Source: Eledone cirrhosa (lineage: Eukaryota). Taken from it: a DNA stretch of 64,000 nucleotides. This document shows, in pieces, positions 27,598 through 41,365 of this stretch. Within the stretch, counting starts at the first letter, position 1; every line of letters begins with the position of its first letter. The DNA lies in assembly GCA_964016885.1 (NCBI GenBank), contig OZ024741.1, forward strand, positions 197,656,001 through 197,720,000, read 5' to 3'. The translations under genes and the position numbers were made by a program. The notes under the pieces are model-generated. The model was not told where the DNA came from and did not search any database. It saw only the letters and a program-made list of their open reading frames with translations.

Positions 27598-29188
27598 AGA
27601 TGATGCATGAAATACCCTGACTTAGTAGATGGTTAAGATTCCGTCATGGTAGTGAATAAGATATGACAAAACTGAATATTTATATACCTTATGATTGAAA
27701 CATGAAAAAAATTACATATAATACAGAGGGTGCGTGTGAGAAAACTTATAAATACATAATAGTAATTTACATAACTGTTAGAGATTCAAATAATTTAAAT
27801 TATTGAAGAAAGAAGAAAGAAAGAAGAAAGACAGAGAGAAACAGATGAGAAAAAAATATAGTTACTAGAGGTATAGAAAGCAAAAGAGAATTGATCAAGG
27901 ATAGAGAGACAAGGAGGAAAAATGTTTATAGTATAAAACATAAGGAGGGAGATTTGTATTGGGTGTGATTAGATGATGCCAAAATATCTATATCTATATA
28001 AATACATGAATATACATTCGGGCATAGCTTTGTGAAAGAGTAAACTCGAATCTTTGAATTATCTAGAAGTATCTATCAATCTAAATATTAAATATATCTG
28101 GGTGTATATGAGGGTTTAATTTCGAGTCCTTAGTTAATTAGAAATATACTAACAATTAATTATATACACTATATATATCCAAACGTATCAGGCTGACCGG
28201 TAAATTTCGAATCATTTATGTTAGTTCAGAATAATGAATTCATCTAAAGGTATAATATTTCAGGCTATAAAAGTTTATAAATATTTATATTAATATTAAA
28301 GTATACAATCATATTTAATTTATAAAATCATATTTAAAGTATTTGCAAACATGAGAAAGAAGAGACTTAATATTTTCATCCTCACGAAGGTAATCCATAT
28401 CAAATTATTTTATTTTATATTATATTAAAAAAAATTTTTTTTTAAATATTAAAATAATAATTCTCATTATATAATTTAGAAAATAATTACAGTTATAACT
28501 TTAAATATTTAAAATTAACAATTAGAATGCCCTAAAGTATCTAAAGGCCTTATAATTAGACTTAAAAAAGGGTATTATTAAATTAGATATACGCATTTGT
28601 CTAAATATATACAAAGAGTATATTGTCTAAAGTTCAAGACGATATTAGTCAGTTATACACAATATAATATAATATAATAAATAAGTTACTGTTAATATTG
28701 TTAAAATTAAGGTTTTAGATCAATTATAATATTAGAATCATGTAATACATATATACTATATATATACAAATCAAACTTCATGAATCATAAGGATAAGAAA
28801 CAGATACAAAAAAAATAAGTAAATTGTTTGCGATCATAAAAGTGCCAAATATCTAAGCTATATGATTTAAAAATACAAGAAAATGTTTAAGGATCTATAT
28901 TGTAGTATAATATCATATTTAAAGTGTCTGCAAACGTGAAAAAGAGAAAACTTAAGACTTTCATCGACCCGAAGGTAACCCGAATTTAATTAAATTAAAA
29001 AATAATAATCGTTATATAATTTAGAGGATATTTAACAATTATAACACTAGAATGTCCTTAATTATCTAAAGTACGTATAAATGTAGCTAGAAGCATATTA
29101 TTAAACTAGATATATACATTTGTCCAAATATATACAGAGTATTCCGTCCGGAACTCAAGACGATACTAGTGATCCAAATACATATAAT

Positions 29189-29369
29189 TGTTTCTACTTT
29201 TGGCACAAGGCGAGTAATTACCCAGTACATTACTGGTACTTTATTTTATCGACCCCGTAAGGATGAAAGGCAAAGTTAACCTCGGCGGGATTTGAACTCA
29301 GACCGTAAAGGGACGTAACTATGCTGGAAAGCATGGCGTCCGACTCTCTACTGATACTGCCAATCCACC
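29189..29369 (-). mobile_element. SINE inserted into the left PLE arm, 20-bp TSD
   Basis: gtgatccaaatacatataat at 29169-29188 and 29370-29389; the right arm has the empty site (~31875-31895). Confidence 0.92.
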
Positions 29370-29639
29370 GTGATCCAAATACATATAATAAATAATAAAT
29401 ACAATCATTGTTAGTAAATATTATAATTGAAATTGTACATCAAGTTAAGTGGAAAAGGTTTGTCGACTAGGATCGTGTGCGATGTATATACCATAAATAT
29501 ATATAAATAAATATAAATATAAATATACAAATCAAACATCCTGAAACTTAAAACTAAGATACTCCAAAAGAATAAATACATAAATACATAAATGCATGAA
29601 TGGTTTGAGAATAATTCACTTTTTTTGTTAATTAAATTT

Positions 29640-31600
29640 TCATAATTAGTAATTATTAATAGTACAGCGATTGCAGTTGGGTGATATTGAAGAATTCAAG
29701 TAGATTCGACTATTACACAGCTTCGACCAAGAAATTGAGTATTTTAAAATTTTGTCTTTTAATGACCATATAAGTTGTGAGAAAGAAGTCAAAGATTTCC
29801 TATTAGGATTCGAAAAAGAGCATTTGTGTTTCGAAAATCTTGATTTAAATGTCGATGAGGTTGCACCAATATAGTTGTATGTGATGTTATTTGCTTTTAC
29901 GGTGCATTTATAGACCAGATTGCTATCCAGACAATTATTTTGCAGAGGGCAATTTGATCTATTTCTACAATTACATTTCGATTTATTGTTATTACTATAA
30001 ATTGGACAATTGACATTAACATTGTTAGTCCTTTGAAGTGTTCTATTGATTGTGCTTAGATTAATGTTATTGTTATTCCTAGTATTAATATTGGTAGTGT
30101 TATTACATTCATTATCGTTAATTGTTTATTGATTATGATTTAGAATTCTACTATTTAATTTTGCGATGTTCTGGGCCATATTCATAGTTGCAGAATAAGG
30201 AAGCTTAATTGTGTGTCTGTTAAATATAGAACGGTATTTGTGTTGAATGGGGAAGCATTTATCTAAAGCTTTAAAGAATAGATTTGCGAGTGGTGTTTTT
30301 ATTGCTACAGAAGCTGGAGGGGGGGGGGGGGGCATATAACTGATTTAGTTCTGATTTTTTTCACCGATTTATTAACGGTATTGGTGTTTGAATTATCATT
30401 TTTAGAATCTCGTTTATATATGTTAGTCTTATTTTTATCAGGATTATAATTCAAATTATTATTATCTATATATTCAATATTATTTTTAGAACTTGCCTTT
30501 CGTAGCGCGTCATTATAATATCCTGCTTTTTCATCAAGTATGGATTTATTAGCGGATATTCTAGTTATGCGTTTCTGTACACTATTGACTATTACATTTT
30601 TCACGGATTTATGGTGATTAGAGTAATAACTAACGTAATTTAAGTTTTCATTGGGCTTATGGAAAGGGTTATAAAAACCTGAGTTTAAGTTAAGGCTACC
30701 GTCAAAGAAATTAACTTTTGGTACTACTTTCAACTTCTAATTTAAGGTTGTAATTTTTAAAGAATTCAATTATAGTTTTCTTAACCCTATTTAGTTCTGA
30801 ATTGCTATGTTTGACAACCGTAAATAACATATCGTCCCTATATAAACCACCGGTAATCTCCGTCAGTTTTCTATTTACCATATTTAAGATAAAAATACCC
30901 AGAAGATCGGTGACCTGCGCTGAGTCCGATGATCCCATGGTAATGTCAAAGTTTCTATTTCTATCTGAACGGGTCCAATACTCATTGATGAAATTAATTA
31001 GAGTTCTTCTAGCATTTAATATGATATTGATTTCATCCGTAGTTAGATCTGTATGTTTGTAAGCATAAGACAAAGCCTTATTTAATAGGTTAGGTGTAAT
31101 AGAATAATAATAGCTTGCTATGTCCATTTGGATGAATTTGTGATTATTCTTATTATCTATATTTTTAAACCAGTCAATCACTTCATTAGTGTCCTTCCAT
31201 AAGCTCAATTTAGACTTCAATTTCAGAGTAGGTAGAATTCTACCAATAATATCCTTACTGATTACTCCAATATCAGATTTAGATGGAGCTAGCAGTCTAA
31301 CTGGCAGGTATTCCTCAACGTTTCTCTTGTGATCCTTAAAATTTATCCTAGTCTGTCTAGGTATAAAAGGCTCGGTTCTTCCTTCAATTCCAAGTGTGGC
31401 TATTAATTTAAATGCGTCATTATTGATGTCTATAAGATCTTCGGCCGGGACTTTTCTATAATTTTTCCGCAGTTCTTTTAAAATTAAATCATTATATTCA
31501 GTTTTATCTATCCCATATAAATTGTTGGTTTTGTCAGACTTCACCAATATTTTATTAACTTTTTTTATATCCAAGATTTTTTCCTTTAATTTGATTGGGA
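29640..31600 (-). pseudogene. PLE RT + GIY-YIG ORF, frameshifted
   Basis: SDKTNNLY, QMDIASYYYSI, MGSSDSAQVTDLLG, GLYRDDML, KCNCRNRSNCPLQNNC..LVYKC..YIGATSSTFKSRFSKH. Confidence 0.88.
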
Positions 31601-33476
31601 TTCTTGTATTTTTTCAAAATATATAGCTTATATGGTTAACAGTTATAATGAACCGTAAACCATTTCATGCATTTATGTATTTATGTTTTTATTCTTTTGG
31701 AGTATCTTAGTTTTAAGTTTCGGGGTGTTTGATTTATATATTTATATTTATATTTATTTATATATATTTATGGTATATGCATCGCACACGATCCTAGTCG
31801 ACAAACCTTTTCCACTTAACTTGATGTAAAACTTTAATTATAATCTTTACTAACAGTGATTGTATTTATTATTTATTATATGTATTTGGATCACTAATAT
31901 CGTCTTGAGTTCCGGACGGAATACTCTGTATATATTTGGACAAATGTATATATCTAGTTTAATAATATGCTTCTAGCTACATTTATACGTACTTTAGATA
32001 CTTAAGGACATTCTAGTGTTATAATTGTTAAATATCTTCTAAATTATATAACGATTATTATTTTTTAATTTAATTAAATTCGGGTTACCTTCGGGTCGAT
32101 GAAAATCTTAAGTTTTCTCTTTCTCACGTTTGCAGACACTTTAAATATGATATTATACTACAATATAGATCCTTAAACATTTTCTTGTATTTTTAAATCA
32201 TATAGCTTAGATATTTGGCATTTTTATGATCGCAAACAATTTACTTATTTTTTTTAAAATCTGGTTCTTATCCTTATGATTCATGAAGTTTGATTTGTAT
32301 ATTTATAATATATATGTATTACATGATTCTAATATAATAATTGATCTAAAACCTTAATTTTAACAATATTAACAGTAACTTATTTATTATATTATATTAT
32401 ATTGTGTATAACTGACTGATATCATCTTGAACTTTAGACAATATACTCTTTGTTTATATTTAGACAAATGCGTATATCTAATTTAATAATACCCTTTTTT
32501 AAGTCTAATTATAAGGCCTTTAGATACTTTAGGGCATTCTAATTGTTAATTTTAAATTTTTAAAGTTATAACTGTAATTATTTTCTAAATTATATAATGA
32601 GAATTATTATTTTAATATTTAAAAAAAATTTTTTTTAAATATAATATAAAATAATATAATTTGATATGGATTACCTTCGTGAGGATGAAAATATTAAGTC
32701 TCTTCTTTCTCATGTTTGCAAATACTTTAAATATGATTTTATAAATTAAATATGATTGTATACTTTAATATTAATATAAATATTTATAAACTTTTATAGC
32801 CTGAAATATTATACCTTTAGATTAATTCATTATTCTGAACTAACATAAATGATTCGAAATTTGACGGTCAGCCGGATACGTTTGTATATATATAGTGTAT
32901 ATAATTAATTGTTAGTATATTTCTAATTAACTAAGGACTCGAAATTAAACCCTCATATTATTACACCCAGATATATTTAATATTTAGCTTGATGGATACT
33001 TCTAGATAATTCAAAGATTCGAGTTTACTCTTTCACAAAGCTATGCCCGAATGTATATTCATGTATTTATATAGATATATATATTTTTGCGTCATCTAAT
33101 CACACCCTATTCATCCACGACAATACAAATCTCCCTCCTTATGCTTTATACTATAAACATTTTTCCTCCTTGTCTCTCTATCCTTGATCAATTCTCTTTT
33201 GCTTTCTATAATTCTAGTAACTATATGTTTTCCTCCCCTGTTTCTCTCTTTCTTTCTTCTTTCTTCAATAATTTAAATTATTTGAATCTCCAACAATTAT
33301 GTAAATTACTATTATGTAGTATTTTTAAGCTTTCTCACACGCACCCTCTGTATTATATGTAAATTTTTTCATGTCTCAATCTTAAGGTATATAAATATTG
33401 AGTTTTGTCATATCTTATTCACTACCATGACTGAATCATAACCATCTACTAAGTCAGGGTATGCCATGCATCATCT

Positions 33477-33543
33477 TATTTTATCTGATGAGGACTTACT
33501 GTTGAAGATAGCACAGTACCTCTGAAATATGTATAATAAAATA
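33477..33543 (+). ncRNA. Type I hammerhead ribozyme, right-arm copy
   Basis: tattttat-CTGATGA-ggacttactg..cagtacctct-GAAA-tatgta-TA-ataaaata. Confidence 0.78.
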
Positions 33544-33678
33544 TACTTGATCACACGAATGTCCATTTTTGTTAATATTTTGAATTAATATTAATAACTA
33601 TGGAAAACCTATATCTGTTGAGTGCTTCCAATCTATTGTAAAACTCATTCTTTGATTTATTCACTGAACACTGTTTAA

Positions 33679-33749
<71 letters not shown>

Positions 33750-34582
33750 GGTGTTAAAGTTTGCTTGAAGCATTGTGAAATGTGTAAAATACGTAGTTTA
33801 GAAAGCCACAGCAATGCAGAGGGAAATCTCGAGGTAAGAAGTGAATGATAGATAGGAGAAATAGGAGAAAGTGAAAATTGAGAGAGACAAAGATGAAAAC
33901 AAAACAAAGGTAGAAGGGTTACCGTAGTGGAGATTTAATCCCAATATTTCGGGCTCACGCCCATCAACGGGGGAGAGTTCCGAAAGGGGGGGGGGGGCAG
34001 GCTAAGCGGAGAAAGTTGTGATGTCGTTAAAACAGGAATGCCGTTATGGGGAGAAAATTATTTAAAATTTAAATCAGGGAAAGAATGCGCGTGCGCGTGA
34101 TAGGCTGTGGCAAAAGCTACTGACCAAATGGGTTAAATCAAGAGGGTGCGCTAGCGTGTGAAAGCCGTAAAATATGTGTGTGTAAATATATATGTGTGTG
34201 TAACTGTGTGTGTATATGTGTAAGTGTGTATATGTGTGAGTGTGTGTGTGTGTGAAAGATAGTGGGCTGTAGAAGCTGGAAATCAAAGGGTGTGAAAGGT
34301 GGTAGGTTGTAAAACATGTGTGCGTGTATAAATATAGATGTGTGTGTGTAAGCGTATGGGTATACATGTGTGTGTAACTGTGTGTGTATATGTGTGAGTA
34401 CGTGTGTGTGTGAAAGATAGTGGGCTGTAGAAGCTGGAAATCAAAGGGTGTGAAAGGTGGTAGGTTGTAAAAACATGTGTGCGTGTATAAATATAGATGT
34501 GTGTGTGTATGCGTATGGGTATGCATATACGTGCGTGTGTGTGAAAATAGCAGGCCGTAAGGGCTGTGAATGGTCACTATGG

Positions 34583-36793
34583 TTAAGTTAGCCATGTCAG
34601 CTCATTTCTCTCAGCCCGGTTGTTAAGTGGGGGTCTGAGGTTCTTAATAACAAGTGCTTCCTTTATCCTTAAGGATCCGATGCTGCGTTCAGTCGCTAGG
34701 ACTGTGACCAAGGGTCTACCCTGTGGGTTTCCGCATTTAATGATGTGTTTACGGAAGGAAGATGCGTTGGTGTTGATATGTTCCTTGATACGAACATGTA
34801 GGGGTCGGATGGTGCTACCTATGTAAAACTTGTTACATTTATCGCATTGAATCTTATATACGACATAGATGCGTAGGCAATCTGCCCCCGTATCGGGCAG
34901 TTGCTGAGGGAACACGTCCCATCTGACTCGTCGGGTTTGTTGGAGAGGCATCTTCGCAGCGAAGGTCCTGTGTGGGCCAAATGTATGTCAAGTCCCTCCG
35001 TCCGTATGGCCCTGCGGATGGCGTTCGTGGTATATTCACTCAGGTGGGGGATTTTAAAGAAGCACCTGCTTTTATTTAAGTTTCTAGTGGGTGTCTGTCT
35101 ATTGGGTCTGGGGTCTCTAATTCCGTTAATCAGTCGCTTGGGATATCCATTAGACCTGAGTAGATTACGGAATTGCGTGGTATGGGTGAGACCACCCATC
35201 GGGTCGCTGCATCTGTTAGTGATCCGTGTCAGTTCATTTAGGACATAGCCTCTCTTAGCGTTGTTGGGGAGGGCTGAGTTGTAATGCACAAATAAGTCCT
35301 TGCACGCTGCTTTGCGGTAGAAGGTGGTGTTTATGTCTCCTTCTTCCGAGATGTTGATACGGAAGTCGAGGAGGGCGAGTGACCCGTCTTCTCCTGGGTG
35401 TTCGATGGTGAAATCGACGTGATGGTCAGTATCGTTGAAGATTTGGTGAATTTCATTCGCCATCTCCCGGGAAGAAGTAAGTATCAGGATGTCATCAACG
35501 TATCTGGAGTAGAAGGAGACGGCGTTGGGTTGGCAGGTATTGAGTGCCTTGCGTTCCAGGTGGTCCATGTACGAGATCGCAAGTATGCCGGACAGACTAG
35601 AGCCCATAGGTAGCCCAGAGATTTGTTTGTACGTGTGGCCGAGGAAATTGAAGAGTGCATTATTCACAACGAAGGAGAGGAGTTGGTGGATGTCCGTGTG
35701 TGTGAGTCCGAAGCAGTGTAAGTTAGATGCTCGGACTCGTTCGGTCAACAGGTCGACGGCTGGGGATGCTGGTACGGAGGTATAAAGGGCGACCACATCA
35801 AGACTGAAGGCATAACCGTTGTCCTTTCTGGTGTTGGGCGCCAGATGGTGTAGTCACTCCAAGACCTCCTTTGAGCTGCAGACGTGGGCTGGTAGTGTGT
35901 GTAGAATGGGTTTCAGTAGTGTGGAGAGCAGCCACGATATTTTGTAGAGTGGGCCCTCCACGCTAGAGACAATGGGCCTGATTTTCAAATCGGGTCCTTG
36001 TTTATGTGTTTTAACCAGGTGGTAGAAGGTGGGTAGTTTGCTGTTTCGAGTCATTATGTTGTTTTTTACCTACTTTGGCAGTTTTCGTTGGACACAGATG
36101 TTAGTCCATATGGTGTTAATGCCTTCCTCGATTAGAGTCGAGGAGGTCCCTGTGACTTTCGAGTAGAGGCTGTGGTCATTAAGATGTTGGAGAGCTAAGT
36201 TGTTGTAGGTCTCTCTCGAGATGACACAGAATTCTTTCCCCTTGTCAGAGGGAAGGTACACAAGGTTCCTGGATCTTAGGTTGGTGAGAGTATTAAATTG
36301 TGCATTGGTGAGGTTGCGTTTATTGTGTGTGTGTGTGTGTGTGTGTTGGGAAAGGATGTTAAAGATAGAATGTTTCAACCTGAGTAGTTTAGTGTCAAGT
36401 TCGTGGTTGGTGGGTGGGGGGTGGAGTGGGTTGTCGAGGTGGTACGTGGGGAGTGTGGGGTGGGTTGTGGGGTTGTAATCGATCTCGGTGTTGTTTTGGA
36501 TGGCGGTTAGCCATTTCAGTTGATATGCTGTCCGACACAAGTTGGTTTCGATGTCGAGTTTCAGTCTATCATCGAGACGCTGTGTAATGATGAACTTGGG
36601 TCCGAGGCGCAGAAGTTCGAGTTCGTCGTTGGTGAGGGTACCGGTTAGGTCGGTAACGAGGTGTGAAGCATCGTTGGTAGGTAGATCGATGTTGGGGGGG
36701 GGGGGGGGGGGGGGGGTGTAGCGGAGGGTGTTGTATAGCTGTTGCCCCTGGTGTGGTTGTAGTCGGTCCGTCTGTGGGAGCGGATGTTGTCAT
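34583..36793 (-). pseudogene. PLE RT + GIY-YIG, left arm
   Basis: LGPKF, PSDKG, YHLVKTHK..IRPIVS, SLDVVALYTSVP, GLPMGSSLS, RYVDDI, LALLDF, VVYKIQCDKC..YIGST.R.LH.RIKEH. Confidence 0.9.
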
Positions 36794-36833
36794 TGTAGTA
36801 TTTGTTTACAGTCCATACGAATGGACTGTCCAT

Positions 36834-38921
36834 TGCTTCACACCTCGTTACCGACCTAACCGGTACCCTCACCAACGACGAACTCGAACTTCTGCGCCTC
36901 GGACCCAAGTTCATCATTACACAGCGTCTCGATGATAGACTGAAACTCGACATCGAAACCAACTTGTGTCGGACAGCATATCAACTGAAATGGCTAACCG
37001 CCATCCAAAACAACACCGAGATCGATTACAACCCCACAACCCACCCCACACTCCCCACGTACCACCTCGACAACCCACTCCACCCCCCACCCACCAACCA
37101 CGAACTTGACACTAAACTACTCAGGTTGAAACATTCTATCTTTAACATCCTTTCCCAACACACACACACACACACACACAATAAACGCAACCTCACCAAT
37201 GCACAATTTAATACTCTCACCAACCTAAGATCCAGGAACCTTGTGTACCTTCCCTCTGACAAGGGGAAAGAATTCTGTGTCATCTCGAGAGAGACCTACA
37301 ACAACTTAGCTCTCCAACATCTTAATGACCACAGCCTCTACTCGAAAGTCACAGGGACCTCCTCGACTCTAATCGAGGAAGGCATTAACACCATATGGAC
37401 TAACATCTGTGTCCAACGAAAACTGCCAAAGTAGGTAAAAAACAACATAATGACTCGAAACAGCAAACTACCCACCTTCTACCACCTGGTTAAAACACAT
37501 AAACAAGGACCCGATTTGAAAATCAGGCCCATTGTCTCTAGCGTGGAGGGCCCACTCTACAAAATATCGTGGCTGCTCTCCACACTACTGAAACCCATTC
37601 TACACACACTACCAGCCCACGTCTGCAGCTCAAAGGAGGTCTTGGAGTGACTACACCATCTGGCGCCCAACACCAGAAAGGACAACGGTTATGCCTTCAG
37701 TCTTGATGTGGTCGCCCTTTATACCTCCGTACCAGCATCCCCAGCCGTCGACCTGTTGACCGAACGAGTCCGAGCATCTAACTTACACTGCTTCGGACTC
37801 ACACACACGGACATCCACCAACTCCTCTCCTTCGTTGTGGATAATGCACTCTTCAATTTCCTCGGCCACACGTACAAACAAATCTCTGGGCTACCTATGG
37901 GCTCTAGTCTGTCCGGCATACTTGCGATCTCGTACATGGACCACCTGGAACGCAAGGCACTCAATACCTGCCAACCCAACGCCGTCGCCTTCTACTCCAG
38001 ATACGTTGATGACATCCTGATACTTACTTCTTCCCGGGAGATGGCGAATGAAATTCACCAAATCTTCAACGATACTGACCATCACGTCGATTTCACCATC
38101 GAACACCCAGGAGAAGTCGGGTCACTCGCCCTCCTCGACTTCCGTATCAACATCTCGGAAGAAGGAGACATAAACACCACCTTCTACCGCAAAGCAGCGT
38201 GCAAGGACTTAATTGTGCATTACAACTCAGCCCTCCCCAACAACGCTAAGAGAGGCTATGTCCTAAATGAACTGACACGGATCACTAACAGATGCAGCGA
38301 CCCGATGGGTGGTCTCACCCATACCACGCAATTCCGTAATCTACTCAGGTCTAATGGATATCCCAAGCGACTGATTAACGGAATTAGAGACCCCAGACCC
38401 AATAGACAGACACCCACTAGAAACTTAAATAAAAGCAGGTGCTTCTTTAAAATCCCCCACCTGAGTGAATATACCACGAACGCCATCCGCAGGGCCATAC
38501 GGACGGAGGAACTTGACATACATTTGGCCCACACAGGACCTTCGCTGCGAAGATGCCTCTCCAACAAACCCGACGAGTCAGATGGGACGTGTTCCCTCAG
38601 CAACTGCCCGATACGGGGGCATATTGCCTACGCATCTATGTCGTATATAAGATTCAATGCGATAAATGTAACAAGTTTTACATAGGTAGCACCATCCGAC
38701 CCCTACATGTTCGTATCAAGGAACATATCAACACCAACGCATCTTCCTTCCGTAAACACATCATTAAATGCGGAAACCCACAGGGTAGACCCTTGGTCAC
38801 AGTCCTAGCGACTGAACGCAGCATCGGATCCTTAAGGATAAAGGAAGCACTTGTTATTAAGAACCTCAGACCCCCACTTAACAACCGGGCTGAGAGAAAT
38901 GAGCTGACATGGCTAACTTAA
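36834..38921 (+). pseudogene. PLE RT + GIY-YIG, right arm
   Basis: Same motifs; stops at 37432 (TAG) and 37648 (TGA), frameshift near 38620. Confidence 0.9.
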
Positions 38922-39707
38922 CCATAGTGACCATTCACAGCCTACGGCCTGCTATCTTCACACACACGCACGTATATGCATACCCATACGCATACACACA
39001 CACATCTATATTTATACACGCACACATGTTTTTACAACCTACCACCTTTCACACCCTTTGATTTCCAGCTTCTACAGCCCACTATCTTTCACACACACAC
39101 GTACTCACACATATACACACACAGTTACACACACATATATACCCATACGCTTACACATACACATCTATATTTATACACGCACACATGTTTTACAACCTAC
39201 CACCTTTCACACCCTTTGATTTCCAGCTTCTACAGCCCACTATCTTTCACACACACACACACTCACACATATACACACTTACACATATACACACACAGTT
39301 ACACACACATATATATTTACACACACATATTTTACGGCTTTCACACGCTAGCGCACCCTCTTGATTTAACCCATTTGGTCAGTAGCTTTTGCCACAGCCT
39401 ATCACGCGCACGCGCATTCTTTCCCTGATTTAAATTTTAAATAATTTTCTCCCCATAACGGCATTCCTGTTTTAACGACATCACAACTTTCTCCGCTTAG
39501 CCTGTTCCCCCCCTTTTGGAACTTTGCCCCGTTGATGGGCGTGAGCCCGAAATATTGGGATTAAATCTCCACTACGGTAACCCTTCTACCTTTGTTTTGT
39601 TTTCATCTTTGTCTCTCTCAATTTTCACTTTCTCCTATTTCTCCTATCTATCATTCACTTCCTACCTCGAGATTTCCCTCTGCATTGTTGTGGCTTTCTA
39701 AACTACG

Positions 39708-39751
<44 letters not shown>

Positions 39752-40281
39752 AAATCAGAAAAATCATCGATAGAACAGTTGCTAAAACAGCTAAATGCTC
39801 TCAAGAACAGCGATGGCCAAAAATGCCTCAGAAGACATAGAGCAGCGTTCGATCGAGAGACAAAGAAGACAAGGAGAAGTGTGTTAGTGCAAAGGAATGA
39901 CTGGGAGAAGAAAACCATTTTGCTTGTTTGAGAGCTGATGAGGATAAGGAAGTGTGCCCACAAGGCTGGCATCAAATGTCATTCGAGGACAGTTTGCTAT
40001 TGATACAACACCAAATTAGCAGGCTGTCTCCGAATTCCAGTCCAGCCTTCTGTTGTTGTTTTGATGAAGACTTAACTCCATCCCTGCACCAGCCACTGGA
40101 TACCACATCTAAGATGGGTGATTTACATAACGTTGAGTGGTTTAAATAATTTGTTGCATTATCGTTTACCAGCCCGAACCACCGATTCTACCCATTGGTA
40201 AACAGCCTAACATAAATGATATATATATGTGTGTGTCTGTCTCTGTGTGTTTAAGTGTGTATATATATTTGTGTGTGTATA

Positions 40282-40735
40282 TATATGTATATATATATAT
40301 TTCGTTTTTGAATTTGTTTAGCAAGATTCTTTATCTGAAAACGTGTGTTGAAACCGATATTGTTATGCTTTGGGAGGGTCATGTTGCCAATAAGAAACAC
40401 ACGCACCAGTTGCTTTCACTCCAATTTATCATAAGTTAAATTTATAAATTTAACAATTTATAAATTTCCGGTTGGTTGGTTGTTTCCACAATCGGACGGT
40501 GGTACATATATTGTCAAAGTTCTTTCGTCACACATTCTGTGACCTCTTCAGTGACTGGGGATTCTTTTCTTTGTTTTTGTGCCTCTCCTTTGTTCTGTCC
40601 TACGCCATCTTGTTTTTGTGTGTGTTGTCAACACATAACTATCAATCTATTTATATCAACCTCTCTACCCCTTTCTCTCTCTGCCCCTCTCTATCCCTCT
40701 CCCTACCACTCTCTCTCCCTCTCTGTACATATATA
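40282..40735 (-). mobile_element. PLE pLTR-like non-coding element (family also at 46912-47335 and 60265-60860)
   Basis: Shared gtgtgttgaaac..atattgttat..gggagggtcat; carries a hammerhead. Confidence 0.65.
40513..40555 (-). ncRNA. Type I minimal hammerhead
   Basis: gtca-CTGAAGA-ggtcac-agaatgt-gtgac-GAAA-gaac-TT-tgac. Confidence 0.7.
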
Positions 40736-41020
40736 TAATTAAGAATGGTTTTCCAATGGAAAATGTCTTCTACCTGACTAGAAATATATCATTCTTTTGA
40801 AAAAATAGAGGTGTAACACACGAGTTGTGATATATTAGTAAAAGGAAAAGAAAATGCTGACAAATCTTTCCTAGTGAAAAATAGTTTAATTAGGAATAAG
40901 TATAAATTAGTAATAAGTATTAGTTAGTATTCAGTTTTAGTTTTAAGTTTTTACGGTTGCGCATTTCTAATGCTTTTCAAAAATAATTTTGAGATAGAGC
41001 GCTCGTGATGTTTGCTCTAA

Positions 41021-41273
41021 TCTGCATATATATAATATAAAAGAGAGGTATTTCTTGGTTGGCTGGTTGGTTTAATCACACACATTTAAAGAAAGAGAGA
41101 CACACACACAGAAAGAGGCAGAGAGAGAGAGAGAGACACACACACACATAACTATGTGAGACAGCTCTATGGTATACAGGAGAGGGAGAGGACGAAAGTA
41201 ACTATTAGTAGATAAAATGAATGAGAGACGCTCTGTTTGTTTGTGTGCATGTATGTGTGCGTTAGGGAAGATG

Positions 41274-41365
<92 letters not shown>

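Larger units (their letters stand above)
27484..33680 (-). mobile_element. 5'-truncated PLE with ~2-kb inverted arms (27484-29606 / 31657-33591, plus a ~90-bp tail)
   Basis: The arms are reverse complements, each with a hammerhead near its outer end; RT/GIY-YIG between them; (TA)n on both sides. Confidence 0.9.
33747..39714. mobile_element. Penelope/Poseidon-type PLE as a ~2.9-kb near-perfect inverted repeat (33785-36670 / 36834-39714) in (TA)n
   Basis: Mirror-image ORFs in the track; both outer ends abut (TA)n; the left arm has extra 5' sequence (to ~36805) and a 38-bp longer 3' tail. Confidence 0.93.

Noticed and set aside
37648-37650. TGA as selenocysteine, as in Naiad PLEs
   Set aside because: The nuclease is C-terminal, the TGA is not at an evident Cys motif, a TAG and a frameshift co-occur, and no SECIS was recognised
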